This document shows positions 38,791 to 50,889 of a stretch of 50,889 bases of DNA, piece after piece. The DNA lies in NCBI RefSeq assembly GCF_001194135.2, contig NC_068989.1, positions 18,182,965 through 18,233,853 of the forward strand, written 5' to 3'. The notes under the pieces are model-generated. The model worked only from the letters and a program-made list of their open reading frames with translations. It ran no database searches and had not been told where the DNA came from. The stretch is from Octopus bimaculoides (Eukaryota). The position numbers were made by a program, and so were the translations under genes. Each line of letters opens with the position of its first letter. Within the stretch, counting starts at the first letter, position 1.

Positions 38791-39176
38791 AGAAGTTTCT
38801 TAAATTGAACTTAATACTTGATTGATCCTTATTTTATTGATCTTCAAAATATGACAATCAAAGTCAATGCAATACTGGAAGGATTTGAATTTGGCATGTA
38901 AACGAATTGAGCTAAACTCAGTTTTTTCGTCGGACACTCAGCTGAATTTGCCACCCTATATTCAACTGATTTTACTATTCTCCACCTTTCTTAAAAAGGA
39001 CTTCAATAATAGCAATTTTTACTTGGTGCCATCTAATTGGCCCCATATATTTTGTAGTAAGGATACATTGTTTAATCACTCTCAGTATTAGATTGGAACT
39101 TATTTTCTCAAGCCCACAATGGTGGAAGATTTGAACTCAGAACATAAAAGAATGTAACTAAGTATTGCTGTACTAA

Positions 39177-39250
39177 AAATTCTATATAGCAGAGGTATGG
39201 TTCTTGCCTGTCATGTTAATGACCTTGATTGAATTCTTGCTTGAAACTAG
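39177..39250 (+). pseudogene. Degenerate tRNA-like sequence (GTC/Asp-like anticodon loop), probably an old SINE head
   Basis: ggtatggttcttgcctgtcatg...gaccttgattgaattc resembles D-arm, anticodon and T-arm after CpG decay. Confidence 0.3.
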
Positions 39251-39487
39251 TAATTCCGTCAGACATCTTTGTAGAATTAACAGGCATATTGATCTGTAAG
39301 CCTCACTGCAAAACAGAATATATTTTGCCAAATTCAAGGTTGTGGATTAATATTATTGACACTGAGATTTTAATTTTAAGTTCTTTATTCCTGTGAACTT
39401 GTCACCCTGCAAGAATGCTATTATATTAGAAAGTCCTGTCATATTTCAAGATGAGAAAGAAACAAAAAATGTTTTTTTGCTTATAAT

Positions 39488-40030
39488 TGATATGTTACTA
39501 TAATGGACGTTATGTCAATCAGTCAATCCGTCTGTCCATCAGTCTGTTCCCTCTTCACGGTCAAACGGCTGGACCAATGGTCACAATGTTTTTCGGGATT
39601 GCAAAGGCAGAAACAGGAAGCGGCTACAGGGAATACGAATCTGCAAAAAAAAATTGCCAAAAATCGACATTTCTAAATTACCACCTCCATTTCCCTCATT
39701 TTTCACTTTTTTCAGAAAAATTTTTTTTTTTTCAAAATATGTAGAAAAATATGGAGATTATGATTCTGAAAAAATTTCCAAAAATTTTTGTAAAATTTTA
39801 TTTTAAGAATTTTTTTTTTCTAAAATAAGTTTTGTAATCATGTTGATATTATCGAAAGGAATATAATTCATAATTTAAATAAGGAAATTTATGAACTTTG
39901 AATGTCTAAGAGTATAAACAAGCATAAAATAGTGTAAACAACTAAAATAAAAGTATATCTAAATAACTTTTTTATCTTAATACTTTTAATGAAGTGGTCG
40001 AAGGAAGATTTGGCTTTCGTTAGGAGTAGT
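39488..40030 (+). mobile_element. Possible non-autonomous Helitron-like element
   Basis: A (TCYG/TCAG)-type microsatellite followed by cttcacggtcaaacggctggacc, a T-rich body and a 3' hairpin-like end. Resembles the recalled architecture of Lep1/DINE-1-like elements. Confidence 0.35.
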
Positions 40031-40289
40031 CCACATAAACATTCATGATGCAGAGGTGGGGAGCTTATTTTCCGTTTAAGAGTGAATCGTCATTACATGT
40101 CACTTAGTCGCAAACATGTCATATAACTGCAATAGAATGCTGTATCACCAACAATAATGTGATTTCTCCAAGACATCACCCAGTAATCTATCAAGTCCAT
40201 TTACAAATATCTCAATAAATACTGTTGTTATGACTTCTCTCCCTCATTTTATGCCTCCATCGAAGATGGGTAGATTTGCTAGTATTTAA

Positions 40290-41240
40290 TAATGATATTT
40301 CTCTTTATTATTGATAACACAATTCCATCTTTTTGACAAGTTGCTGATCCTTCAGACGTATATTTTTTTTCAGGTTTTGAAGCAAAGAATCATCCAATAT
40401 CATTTTTTACCTCTTCACGATTAATAGACTGTTTTCCTTCTAAATAACCTTGTCATGATCTGTAATGATAGATGGAGCAAGGTCAGGAGAGTAAGGAGGT
40501 TGAGGCATCAAAACTTCTGTATGTCTTGCTGTAATTTTTCCCTGTGTGACTTGTGGAATATGTGATCTTGCTTTATCATGTAAGAGCAACAGCCCTTTAT
40601 GATTGACCAATAATGGGTACTTGTTTCTGCAAACTTTTATGCAATGCTTTCAAATGACAACAATACTTCTTCACATTAACTGTTTTATTTTATTTATTTT
40701 TTTAACACTTCATATCCCTCCAAACAAAGAGGATAGCTTTTTATGAGTGTTTGTTCTTGTTTGGGGATGAATTTTCCTCTTTCACTGAATGCTAGCCATA
40801 GTCATTTTCATTAGATTTTGTTATAGAACACTCCACTTTTCATCATTTTTCTACTTTGCAATGGCATACAGGAAGTAACTCTGATTAAAGAGAAGCAGTT
40901 TGATGATGAGGGACCCACTGACCAAATTTAGACGCATGGAGGTGTTTTATGATTGGTATGTGATTTGAATCGAACTGTATGCTAAGTCTTGTGGAGTTTG
41001 CTTCTGTTTTTCCTCAAGTATGGTTTTCAGAAGATCAGTTTTGACAGAACTTGGTCATCCAGATTAAGGGAAATCTGTGAGAAAAATTTCCAGAATGAAA
41101 CTGACCAAACCACCATGGGCTCATCCAGACACTTAGAGCTTCATTTCTATACACAAAACACATTTCTTGCTGCTTCCATTGTTACTGAGCCCCATTGAAT
41201 TCATACAGTATGCAATTCCTGATATGGGTCTGATCTAAAC
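40290..41240 (-). mobile_element. Near full-length decayed mariner transposase
   Basis: Minus strand reads HIRNCILYEF, WWFGQFHSGNF, GQWVPH, NDEKW, LLHDKARSH, PQPPYSPDLAPS and FFASKP, with multiple frameshifts and stops. Confidence 0.9.
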
Positions 41241-41394
41241 TAATTTTAAAAGGATAAGCATTGTCATGAATTTAACCACAATTGTACAATTGCTTAAAGT
41301 TATCTGCATAGAAAGGAGAAACATTAGGATGTAAAAACTAATGTATCCTCTAAGTGATCATGTCAAAATGCAACAGAACTCTCTTTCCAACCTA

Positions 41395-41431
<37 letters not shown>

Positions 41432-41755
41432 ATCAACTGTCAACTCCCCGGCCCACCCTGTGAAGTTGTTTTGTTTGTAAGATAGAGACATTGGATAAAG
41501 TACAGAGTGTATATTTGAGTATTTGTGTGATGTAAATCTTTGCCATGTCACCCTAATTAGTGTATGACAACTGTATGGAGAGGGCAGGGGTGACTTCTCT
41601 TGTTTATGTCTGGATGTAAAGGGTCTGAGTGTAAAGAAGTGTGTGTCTGAAGAGACTAGCTGGGTAGAGTCGCAGCATTATAAATTGGGTGAGAGCTGGA
41701 CTTTGGGTGTGAGATATCCTTCTTGGTAAGGATTCTCTCTCTCTCTCTCTTTCTT

Positions 41756-41802
<47 letters not shown>

Positions 41803-42248
41803 GTGTCTGTCATTGACTTCCGGTATTTCTCAGTCAGCTTGTCCATTTCTCCTTCTTTCTTTCCCTCTCTCCTCCTCCTCCCACTCTTCATCCACCCCTT
41901 ACAATTCTCCATATTTCACAATCTAACTATCTTTTCCTGTCTGTGTCTATAACCTAAGGCACTGCAGAGACATTTTACGTCTATGTCAACCATGTTGATG
42001 ATGAATTTTAGAAGTGTATTTTGTCTTCATTTTTTTATTTCTCCACCCACTGTATACAAAAACATACACACAGAATCTGCCTGTAAGGTATATTTGTGAG
42101 TATTTTGTTTGTGAAGTCAGAGAAAGAAGTAATGTATATTGTCACTTACCAGCCTCTCATTCAGTGTGAAATTGCCTATCTGTCTATCTTCTTGCCTATC
42201 TACCTGTCTGCCTATCTATCTACCTGCCAATCAATCTGTTTATCTTCC

Positions 42249-42287
<39 letters not shown>

Positions 42288-42646
42288 ATTTATCTTTCCA
42301 TCCAACCACCGCCCACCCCACCCATAAACATATTAGTAACAAGCTAAAAAGTGAGTAATCCACACACCACATTAGTTGTTGATAAATCACTCTGAATAGT
42401 GGAATAGTATTAATCCAATACCAGTGGTTTCACATGAATGCATTCACAATTATTCAATTGTAGTTTGAATAATGCTGGCAGTTTGCCCATCTTGTCAGAC
42501 ATAAGTGCAAGCAAGATGAGGAAGTAATCATTCAGGAACTACAGTATTGGTTGCTTCCCTTGCCTATGCTGGTGCTAACAATTAGCAATTTTGACAAATT
42601 ACAGTGTGTGTGTGTGTGTGTCTTTGTATATTTATACACATGCACA

Positions 42647-43040
42647 GTGGAGGCGCAATGGCTCAGTGGTTAGGGCAGCGGACTCGCAGTCATAGGATCG
42701 CGGTTTCAATTCCCAGACCGGGCGTTGTGAGTGTTTATTGAGCAAAAACACCTTAAAGCTCCGCGAGGCTCCGGCATGGGATGGTGGCGAACCCTGCTGT
42801 ACTCTTTCACCACAACTTTCTCTCACTCTTACTTCCTGTTTCTGTTGTGCCTGTAATTCAAAGGGTCAGCCTTGTCACACTGTGTCACATTGAATATCCC
42901 AGAGAACTACGTTAAGGGTACATGTGTCTGTGGAGTGCTCAGCCACTTGCATGTTAATTTCACGAGCAGGCTGTTCTGTTGATTGGATCAACTGGAACCC
43001 TCGACGTCGTAAGCGACGGAGTGCCAACACTAACAACAAC
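42647..43040 (+). mobile_element. tRNA-SINE family H
   Basis: Match to 10410-10791. Confidence 0.9.
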
Positions 43041-43864
43041 ACATGATATGCAATTTTCATAATTGATAATTAGTATACATCTGGATAAATTTGGCCTGAA
43101 ATATGTACACACATACACTACTACTACTTGCATGAAAAAAATACCCAGTACACACTGTAAAGGTTGGTGTTAGGAAGAGCATCCAGACATAGGAGCTATA
43201 CCAAAGCTGCCATAGAGCACAATGCAGCCTTGTTGCACACCAGGTCAGATCAAACTGTCCAACCTATGCAAAAAAAATGAACCTATATATATATATATAT
43301 ATATATAATTATATTTTGGAATGATCATATTTTTTCCTTATTTTGTGAATTAACCACATGCACTATATTACTTGATGTTCACTTCAGCTTTATTATTTTT
43401 ATTTTAGTGTCCTTCATCTTAAATCTTTCATCACACATTTAAAACAAGGGACACTAAAATAAAAATACTAATAATAATTCTACTAATAATAATAATANNN
43501 NNNNNNNNNNNNNNNNNNNNNNNNNNNNNNNNNNNNNNNNNNNNNNNNNNNNNNNNNNNNNNNNNNNNNNNNNNNNNNNNNNNNNNNNNNNNNNNNNNNN
43601 NNNNNNNNNNNNNNNNNNNNNNNNNNNNNNNNNNNNNNNNNNNNNNNNNNNNNNNNNNNNNNNNNNNNNNNNNNNNNNNNNNNNNNNNNNNNNNNNNNNN
43701 NNNNNNNNNNNNNNNNNNNNNNNNNNNNNNNNNNNNNNNNNNNNNNNNNNNNNNNNNNNNNNNNNNNNNNNNNNNNNNNNNNNNNNNNNNNNNNNNNNNN
43801 NNNNNNNNNNNNNNNNNNNNNNNNNNNNNNNNNNNNNNNNNNNNNNNNNNNNNNNNNNNNNNNN

Positions 43865-43897
<33 letters not shown>

Positions 43898-44105
43898 TTG
43901 TGTATCTGTATTTCTCCCCCCAACGTTGCTTGACAAGCGATGCTGGTGTGTTTACGCCCCTGTAACTTAGTGATTCGGCAAAAGAGGCTGATAGAATAAG
44001 TACTAGGCTTACAAAGAATAAGTCCTGGGGTCGATTTGCTCGACTATAGGTGGTGCTCCAGCATGGTCGCAGTCTAATGATTGAAACAAGTAAAAGATTA
44101 AAGAT
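43865..44105 (+). mobile_element. SINE module B with preceding microsatellite (head in gap)
   Basis: Reverse complement of 35768-35960. Confidence 0.85.
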
Positions 44106-44339
44106 ATAACTAGTATTTAGCACTCTGCGCATTCTTGTAAACTGAAGGAAAAAAATTGTGAAGAGAACTTGTATATTAACCAAATCTCACTTTCCCTGGC
44201 CTCCATAGCTAGGAAGATCACAAAAGTACATATAGAAAAAAAAAAGACAGCAGATTTGGCTAATAATTTTTTTAATTACAACATCCAATTAAATAATTTA
44301 TAAACCCAACCTCTTGTCTTTTTTTTTTTTTTGTTTTCT

Positions 44340-44502
44340 GCTATCATGGTTGTGTGGTAAGAAGCATGCTTCGCAGCCACAAGATTCCAGGTTCAATTCT
44401 ACTGCATGGTACCTTGGGCTCAAATCCCTTCTGCTTTAGATTTTGGCTGACCAAAAATCTGTGTGTGGAATTGATACACAGAAACTGAAAGAAGCCCATC
44501 AT

Positions 44503-44552
<50 letters not shown>

Positions 44553-44910
44553 CCTTGACATTGCATGTAGGTGTAAAGGAATACTGCCTTGATATAGGTG
44601 ATGTCCTTCATTCGTCTTCCATGAAAACATGTCTAGTGATGATGAATTATCTTCTTTGGAAACAGATGAGGGTTGGTGTCTAGAAGAAAAATCAGTCTCA
44701 ACAAAAAAAAAATTCCATCCATCCCATGTAGGTATGAAAAGTAGGCATGGTTGAGTGGTAAGATGCTTGCTTTTCAACTACATAGTTCCAGGTTCAGTAC
44801 CACTGCATGTCACCTTCAACATGGCACTTTCAGCTATTACAGCCTCAAACTGACAAAAACCCTGTGAGTGGATTTGGTAGACAGAAACTGAGAGAAGACC
44901 ATCATGTATG
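44340..44910 (+). mobile_element. Two tandem degenerate family A SINEs
   Basis: Heads at ~44345 and ~44742 (gtggtaaga...ccaggttca). The first has (GT)n and a different tail. Confidence 0.7.
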
Positions 44911-45615
44911 TATGTATATATATATATATATATATAGATATATATATATATATATATCAGATGATCTACTAGCGCAAATCAGTCAATGTGTTGACTGAAT
45001 TATATATAAAGTTACAGCTTTATTAAGTTCATTCAGAGTTGCCTCTCTTAACTACATCTCATTGACAAGAGTCAAAAGACTCAAAACATCGATGTCTGTG
45101 ATTCTAACAGATGGCGACACTGAACAAACTGGGGTTTTCACACCTTTTTACCATCAGAGAGATTTTTCTAAGAGAGATTTTTCTAAAAGGCAAATACACT
45201 GCAGTGTATTTATTTGCCTTTTAGCAATTGGAATATGTGACAAACATATTTCAACTAACCTAAATTCTGTTCATACCTAAACACTGCTTTGTGCCAATGC
45301 TACAGTAATTACCCTGATCAGGTGATCTACAGACATCTTTCAACTAACATAAATATATACATATATATAAAGTCAAAATAAGTAACAAGGATATCCAAAG
45401 TTAATGCAGTACGATCGTTTCATGCGACTCTATTTAATTAAGCAATGTGAACATTACATCAAATGTAAAATGCAGAGCAATCCTCAGCTGCATAAAGATA
45501 TAGAAATCTACTGAAATTACATTTCAACAGAAGGACATATTTTTATAACTACATTTAAACTCTCCAAGTAGAAAGGAAGAATGCAAAAAACCATTTTGAC
45601 TTAGCCAGACTATAC

Positions 45616-45654
<39 letters not shown>

Positions 45655-45659
45655 GGTGG

Positions 45660-45880
45660 GGTCACTGTGTTTGTTGTCACCACCACCACTTGAAACTGGT
45701 GTTGGTTTGTTGTCATCCCCATAACTTAGCATTTTGGTAAAAGAGACCAGCAAAATAAGTACCAGACTTAAAACAAATTAAGTACTGGGGTTAATTCATT
45801 TGGCTAAAAAATTCTTCAAAGCAGTGCCCCAGGATGGTTGCAGTCCAATGACTGAGACATGTAAAAGATAAAAGATTAAA
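45660..45880 (+). mobile_element. SINE module B, CpG-decayed
   Basis: aaagagaccagcaaaataagtaccag...gcagtccaatgactgagacatgtaaaagata. Confidence 0.7.
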
Positions 45881-46699
45881 ATGATGATGATGATGATGCA
45901 TTGTTTTGTGGTTGAGGTCTTCCAGTGAGACAAAATATGAATGAAACAAAATATATTTTGTAGGGCTGAAGGTTATGAGTTAAACTTACTGACTCTGAGA
46001 GTTTTAATTTTTGAGCTCTTTATTCTACATGGCCTATCCATGTCCCTGTGAACTTGTCACCCTGCAAGGTTATTACATATATGTGTGTGTGTGTGTGTGT
46101 GTGTGTTTATGTATGTATGTGTGTATGTATGAATATACAGGTATGTACACATGCATATATATACATACATGTGTATGTGTGTCTCTGCATGTATGTGTAA
46201 TTTCAGTGAATGGGATACAGCTTTCAGTGAATGGGATAAGCTCTCTCTCTCTCTCTTACACACACACACACAGCTATGTATAGTAGATATTTGAAATAGT
46301 TCAAGTGGTCTTCTCCCAACCACCCTTCCTTCTGCTACCCAACACTCTTCATGTCACTAAGTACATATTAATCAGTCACAGATAATTTCCATGATCTAAA
46401 AAAGAAAAAAAAAAGAAGAAAAAAAGGGGGTGTTAGGGGTGGTGTCAGGTTTGCTGGCCTTAAGGTAGGGAATTAACATGGAATGAAGGAAGGGGTAAAG
46501 GATGAGGTAAAGTGGACCCCCCCCCTCCTACTTAGCTGAGTGGGTGGAATCTTCTGTTTGATTAATGGAGACAGGGGAAGATTAATTGAGGAGAGGGTAA
46601 ATGAGGGTTTCAGTTGGAAGAATATAGTGTGGAACTGAGTGAAGGTGGGGATGTGAGAGTATAGAGAAAGGTTGAGGGAGTTAGTGAACCCTATGTGCT

Positions 46700-47760
46700 A
46701 TAGTAAGTGTATGGTTGGGGATTAGGAGTGATGGTGAGAGGAAGAGAAGAAAATAAACAGGGAAAGAGGAGGAACTGGGAGTATGAGAGGAGTAGAAGCT
46801 TGAGGTGGGAGTTGGCAACTATGGTGGTGGTGGTGGTGGTGGTGGAGATAGGGGGCAGCGATGTGTTTACTGGTTGGTTTGTAGGAGTGAAACTGAGGGC
46901 AGTAGAGAGAGAGAGAGAGAAAGAATAAAGGTTGATGGGAACGGCGGGGAGGGGCGAGAAAGAGAGAGAGCAGGCAAAGGTTGTTGGGAAGGGGAATGAA
47001 AGAAAGAGAGAGCAAAGGGTGACGGGGGTGGGTGTAGATAGAGTTTTAGGTTAATGGTGATGGCAAACCGGAAGTTTGGGTGGCTGGCTGGTTGGTTGGT
47101 GAATGAGAGAACAGTTAAGTATATATCATCATCATCATCATCATCATCATTATTGTCAGCACTCTCTCCTCATCATTACCACCACTACCATCGTCGTCAT
47201 CATCATCATCACTGTCATCAGTACCCTCCATCAACACTTCCATTGCTATCACTGTTACCACTATCATCATCATCACCAATATCCAAAATCACCAGCACCA
47301 CCATCATTCTCACTCCTACCATCTTCATCACCACTGTCATCACTACAATTACCTACATCACCTCCACAGCCAGCAGCAGCAGCAGTGGGGGTGGGATATT
47401 GGTGATGCGGAGAGAATTGGACTGAATTTTATTCATCTCTCCCACCCAGCGTCCAACACCCATAAAAAAAATAAAACAGTTGATGGCACAGAGAGAGGGG
47501 GAGAGTTAACAGTAGCAGTAAGTGACCATCAATGACAAGGCTGTTGCTGACATTGGTGAGATGTAGGTGGTGGTGGTGGCGGCGCTGGCGGTGGTGGTGG
47601 TGGTGGTGAAGATGTATGGATGTTGATTAATATAATGGGAATGGATGTAATGGCGATAATAGTGATAGATGGCACGATGATGATGATGATGGCGGTGGTG
47701 GTGGTGTTGGTGACACTGGAGAGGAGGTAGCAATGGCATTAACAGTGATGGTTCTGCTGT
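46700..47760. repeat. Low-complexity region: purine-rich, (GGT)n, (CAT)n, (GAT)n
   Basis: Directly visible. Source of the His/Pro-rich spurious ORFs. Confidence 0.85.
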
Positions 47761-47927
47761 TGTTGATGATGATGATAAGCTGCAGTAAGATGAGAAACAA
47801 CAGGTTCTCCAGATGAAGTCTAAGGAGGAACTTAATGTCAGACATTTCCTTGCGGATTCTGACACTCAGTAGTTGGGTGGAATGGGTGGATGAGCAGTGA
47901 GTAGCCGCTGGGTGGGCTTTGTCATAG

Positions 47928-48304
47928 GGATCTAGTTCAAAATGGGGGCACCAGTATTTTCTTAACGAAACACTTTGAAACTTGGGACACTGGTAGAATG
48001 TGTCATATGAAACATCTTTTTCTCTTAGTCTTCTTAACAAAAAAAACGTACATCGCAAGTTATTTCATGTTAAAGTTGTCGTATTTCTGTAATTTCAACC
48101 AATCACTGACGTCTATTCAGCTGTATATATTAAGTGCTGACTACGTAAACTAACGAATCTCGGCGGTGATAAAATTATTATTTCCTTGTCAAAAAATGGC
48201 TGAAGCATATTGGCAGTAGCTAATAAACCTTTCTATTATAGGCACAAGGCCTGGTTTTTGAGGGAAGGAGCAAGTCAATTAGGGTTAGGGAAAACGAACA
48301 CACG
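47928..48304. mobile_element. Left part of a GGATCT MITE, interrupted by a SINE C tail fragment and a gap
   Basis: Arm matches 49462-49660. SINE C-like tail at ~48229-48280, then AGGGTTAGGG. Confidence 0.75.
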
Positions 48305-49086
48305 NNNNNNNNNNNNNNNNNNNNNNNNNNNNNNNNNNNNNNNNNNNNNNNNNNNNNNNNNNNNNNNNNNNNNNNNNNNNNNNNNNNNNNNNNNNNNNNN
48401 NNNNNNNNNNNNNNNNNNNNNNNNNNNNNNNNNNNNNNNNNNNNNNNNNNNNNNNNNNNNNNNNNNNNNNNNNNNNNNNNNNNNNNNNNNNNNNNNNNNN
48501 NNNNNNNNNNNNNNNNNNNNNNNNNNNNNNNNNNNNNNNNNNNNNNNNNNNNNNNNNNNNNNNNNNNNNNNNNNNNNNNNNNNNNNNNNNNNNNNNNNNN
48601 NNNNNNNNNNNNNNNNNNNNNNNNNNNNNNNNNNNNNNNNNNNNNNNNNNNNNNNNNNNNNNNNNNNNNNNNNNNNNNNNNNNNNNNNNNNNNNNNNNNN
48701 NNNNNNNNNNNNNNNNNNNNNNNNNNNNNNNNNNNNNNNNNNNNNNNNNNNNNNNNNNNNNNNNNNNNNNNNNNNNNNNNNNNNNNNNNNNNNNNNNNNN
48801 NNNNNNNNNNNNNNNNNNNNNNNNNNNNNNNNNNNNNNNNNNNNNNNNNNNNNNNNNNNNNNNNNNNNNNNNNNNNNNNNNNNNNNNNNNNNNNNNNNNN
48901 NNNNNNNNNNNNNNNNNNNNNNNNNNNNNNNNNNNNNNNNNNNNNNNNNNNNNNNNNNNNNNNNNNNNNNNNNNNNNNNNNNNNNNNNNNNNNNNNNNNN
49001 NNNNNNNNNNNNNNNNNNNNNNNNNNNNNNNNNNNNNNNNNNNNNNNNNNNNNNNNNNNNNNNNNNNNNNACACACACACACACAC

Positions 49087-49260
49087 ACATATACGACGGG
49101 TTTCTTTCAGTTCCCGTCTACCAAATCCACTCACAAGGCTTTGGTCAGCCCGAAGCTATAGTAGAAGACACTTGCCCAAGGTGCCACACGGTGGGACTGA
49201 ACCTGGAACCATGTGGTTGGTAAGCAAGCTACTTACCACACAGCTACTCCTGCGCCTATA
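49087..49260 (-). mobile_element. CORE-type SINE family A
   Basis: Reverse-complement match to 50706-50872. Confidence 0.9.
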
Positions 49261-49319
49261 CGTATTCTTTACTTTCGCCATGGTTGCTTGCAGTGGTAGG
49301 GCAGAACCAGTACTGTGCA

Positions 49320-50340
49320 AGACAAAATTGCTTGGCTGTAGTTTCTTACAGCTCTTTATGTTCTGAGTTTGAATACCGCCATGGTTGATTTTGTCTTTCT
49401 TCCTTTTAGGGTTGGGAAAATAAGTACCAGTCAAGTACTGGTGCCGATGTAATCAAATTCCGGATCTTTTTGGTTTGACGGGCAACACTTGTTTTCTTAA
49501 CGAAACACTTTCAAACTTGGGACACTGGTAGAATGTGTCATATAAAACGACTTTTTCTCTTAGCCTTCTTAACAAAAAATTGTACATCGCAAGTTATTTC
49601 ATGTTAAAGTCGTTGTATTTCTGTAATTTCAACCAATCACTGACGTCTATTCAGCTGAAAACAGTTACTGCTGTTTTGTAAACGATAACTTTTTGCCGGT
49701 GAGAAAAATGTTATTCCCTGTTGACATATTTCATCCAGTTTTTTGGTTTGTTTTCTTTTGAAGCAGACAAAATTACAGAAAAATGGTAATTTATACGCAT
49801 ATATTGTTTATATAATAAATTACGATGTACTCAGTAACACATTTTCTAAATGATGGTAGAGTTTGATTTGAAGAAGATTTGGCTGCTATTTCTAGGAAAT
49901 GAAGCACTTGGTGGAGGGGCATTAATAATTCTGCCAGCTCCAATAACAAGTGCAGGCAATATTCAAGTATTTTGATGGCTTTTTCCCCTTATTAGCTATT
50001 ATTCAGTCAACTGAAACAAATACGTGTTTACGAACAGTCTAGTTAATCGGAAATGTCAGAACTAACAGGGATTAATACCATATACACCGCCACAGCAGTA
50101 ACTGTATTCAACTGAATAGACGTCAGTGATTGGTTGAAATTATCGAATTTTTTAACATGAAATAACTTCGAATACAAAATTTTTTATCTGTTCTATAACA
50201 CAAAATATACGAGTATACGAAGTTTGAAAATGTTTCGGTACCAAATACACTACATAAAACATAAATGAAAAATGTTGCCCGTCAAACCAAAAAGATCCCA
50301 AATTCCCCCTTTGCTGGCCTTGTGCTAAAATTTATCAAAA
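49320..50340 (+). mobile_element. SINE C split by a MITE insertion
   Basis: SINE body runs to 49461 and resumes at 50299 (ccctttgctggccttgtgctaaaattt). Confidence 0.8.
49462..50298. mobile_element. Complete GGATCT MITE
   Basis: 26-bp perfect TIR GGATCTTTTTGGTTTGACGGGCAACA. Perfect TSD CAAATTCC at 49454-49461 and 50299-50306. Confidence 0.93.
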
Positions 50341-50705
50341 TAATTTGACAATATTAAGCTGGGTTTGGAACATAGATTAACATGTAATTTTCATGGAAGG
50401 TTTTATATTAGATCACTTGAAAATAGGAAGATTGTATCATAGAACCAAGGACGGTTTCAAGTGGGTTGGTATTTAAATGGTTAAGCCTTCCTCTAACAGA
50501 TTTACTCTCTACAGTTACCTTATCGGTCAGCACTAAACTGTTCATTAATACCATATATCGCATGCCAATGCACTTGTTATTGTTTTGCCCCAAGTTAGTA
50601 TTTATTGAGGAGACCTTTGATAAAAGACTCTACAACTATGACCATCTCCTTTTTTTTTATATATCTAGCTAGACTGTGTTATTTAATGTGAGCTTTAAAA
50701 AAAAA

Positions 50706-50872
50706 TAGGCGCAGGAGTGGCTGTGTGGTAAGTAGCTTGCTTACCAACCACATGGTTCCGGGTTCAGTCCCACTGCATGGCACCTTGGGCAAGTGTCTTC
50801 TACTATAGCCTCGCGCCGACCAAAGCCTTGTGAGTGGATTTGGTAGACGGAAACTGAAAGAAGCCCATCGTA
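50706..50872 (+). mobile_element. CORE-type tRNA SINE family A (young-looking copy)
   Basis: A-box GTGTGGTAAG, B-box GGTTCAGTCC and CORE-like caccttgggcaagtg, followed by (TA)n. Confidence 0.9.
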
Positions 50873-50889
50873 TATATATATATATATTT

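Noticed and set aside
41641-41685. CTGAAGA-A-GACT..AGTC-GCAGC hammerhead-like motif
   Set aside because: Two substitutions in GAAA and a weak stem I; at most a dead relic.
47785-47870. Protein-like DEKQQVLQMKSKEELNVRHFLADSDTQ*
   Set aside because: 28 codons between stops, no good acceptor, low-complexity context.

Overview
AT-rich, repeat-dense eukaryotic genomic DNA with six N-gaps. It is most likely octopus (inference from the recalled SINE repertoire and TTAGGG-type repeats; probably a short-read Octopus assembly). No complete protein-coding gene is recognisable, and almost all ORFs in the supplied track are microsatellite, gap or antisense-TE artefacts. The window holds several tRNA-derived SINE families, some in head-to-tail arrays inside (TTA)n, and a non-autonomous DNA transposon family with GGATCT termini and 8-bp TSDs. 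It also holds decayed fossils of CR1, Penelope (RT + GIY-YIG), R4/Dong, L1/Tx1 and mariner elements. One credible orphan 96-nt coding exon with a transmembrane segment lies at 24964-25059 (+), inside a CpG-depleted domain that starts near 17.3 kb. The most striking observation is a ~285-bp palindrome at 3673-3956. Each arm folds into a type I hammerhead-ribozyme topology; the right arm has a compensatory G3-C8 core swap, and both have a palindromic (dimer-type) stem III.
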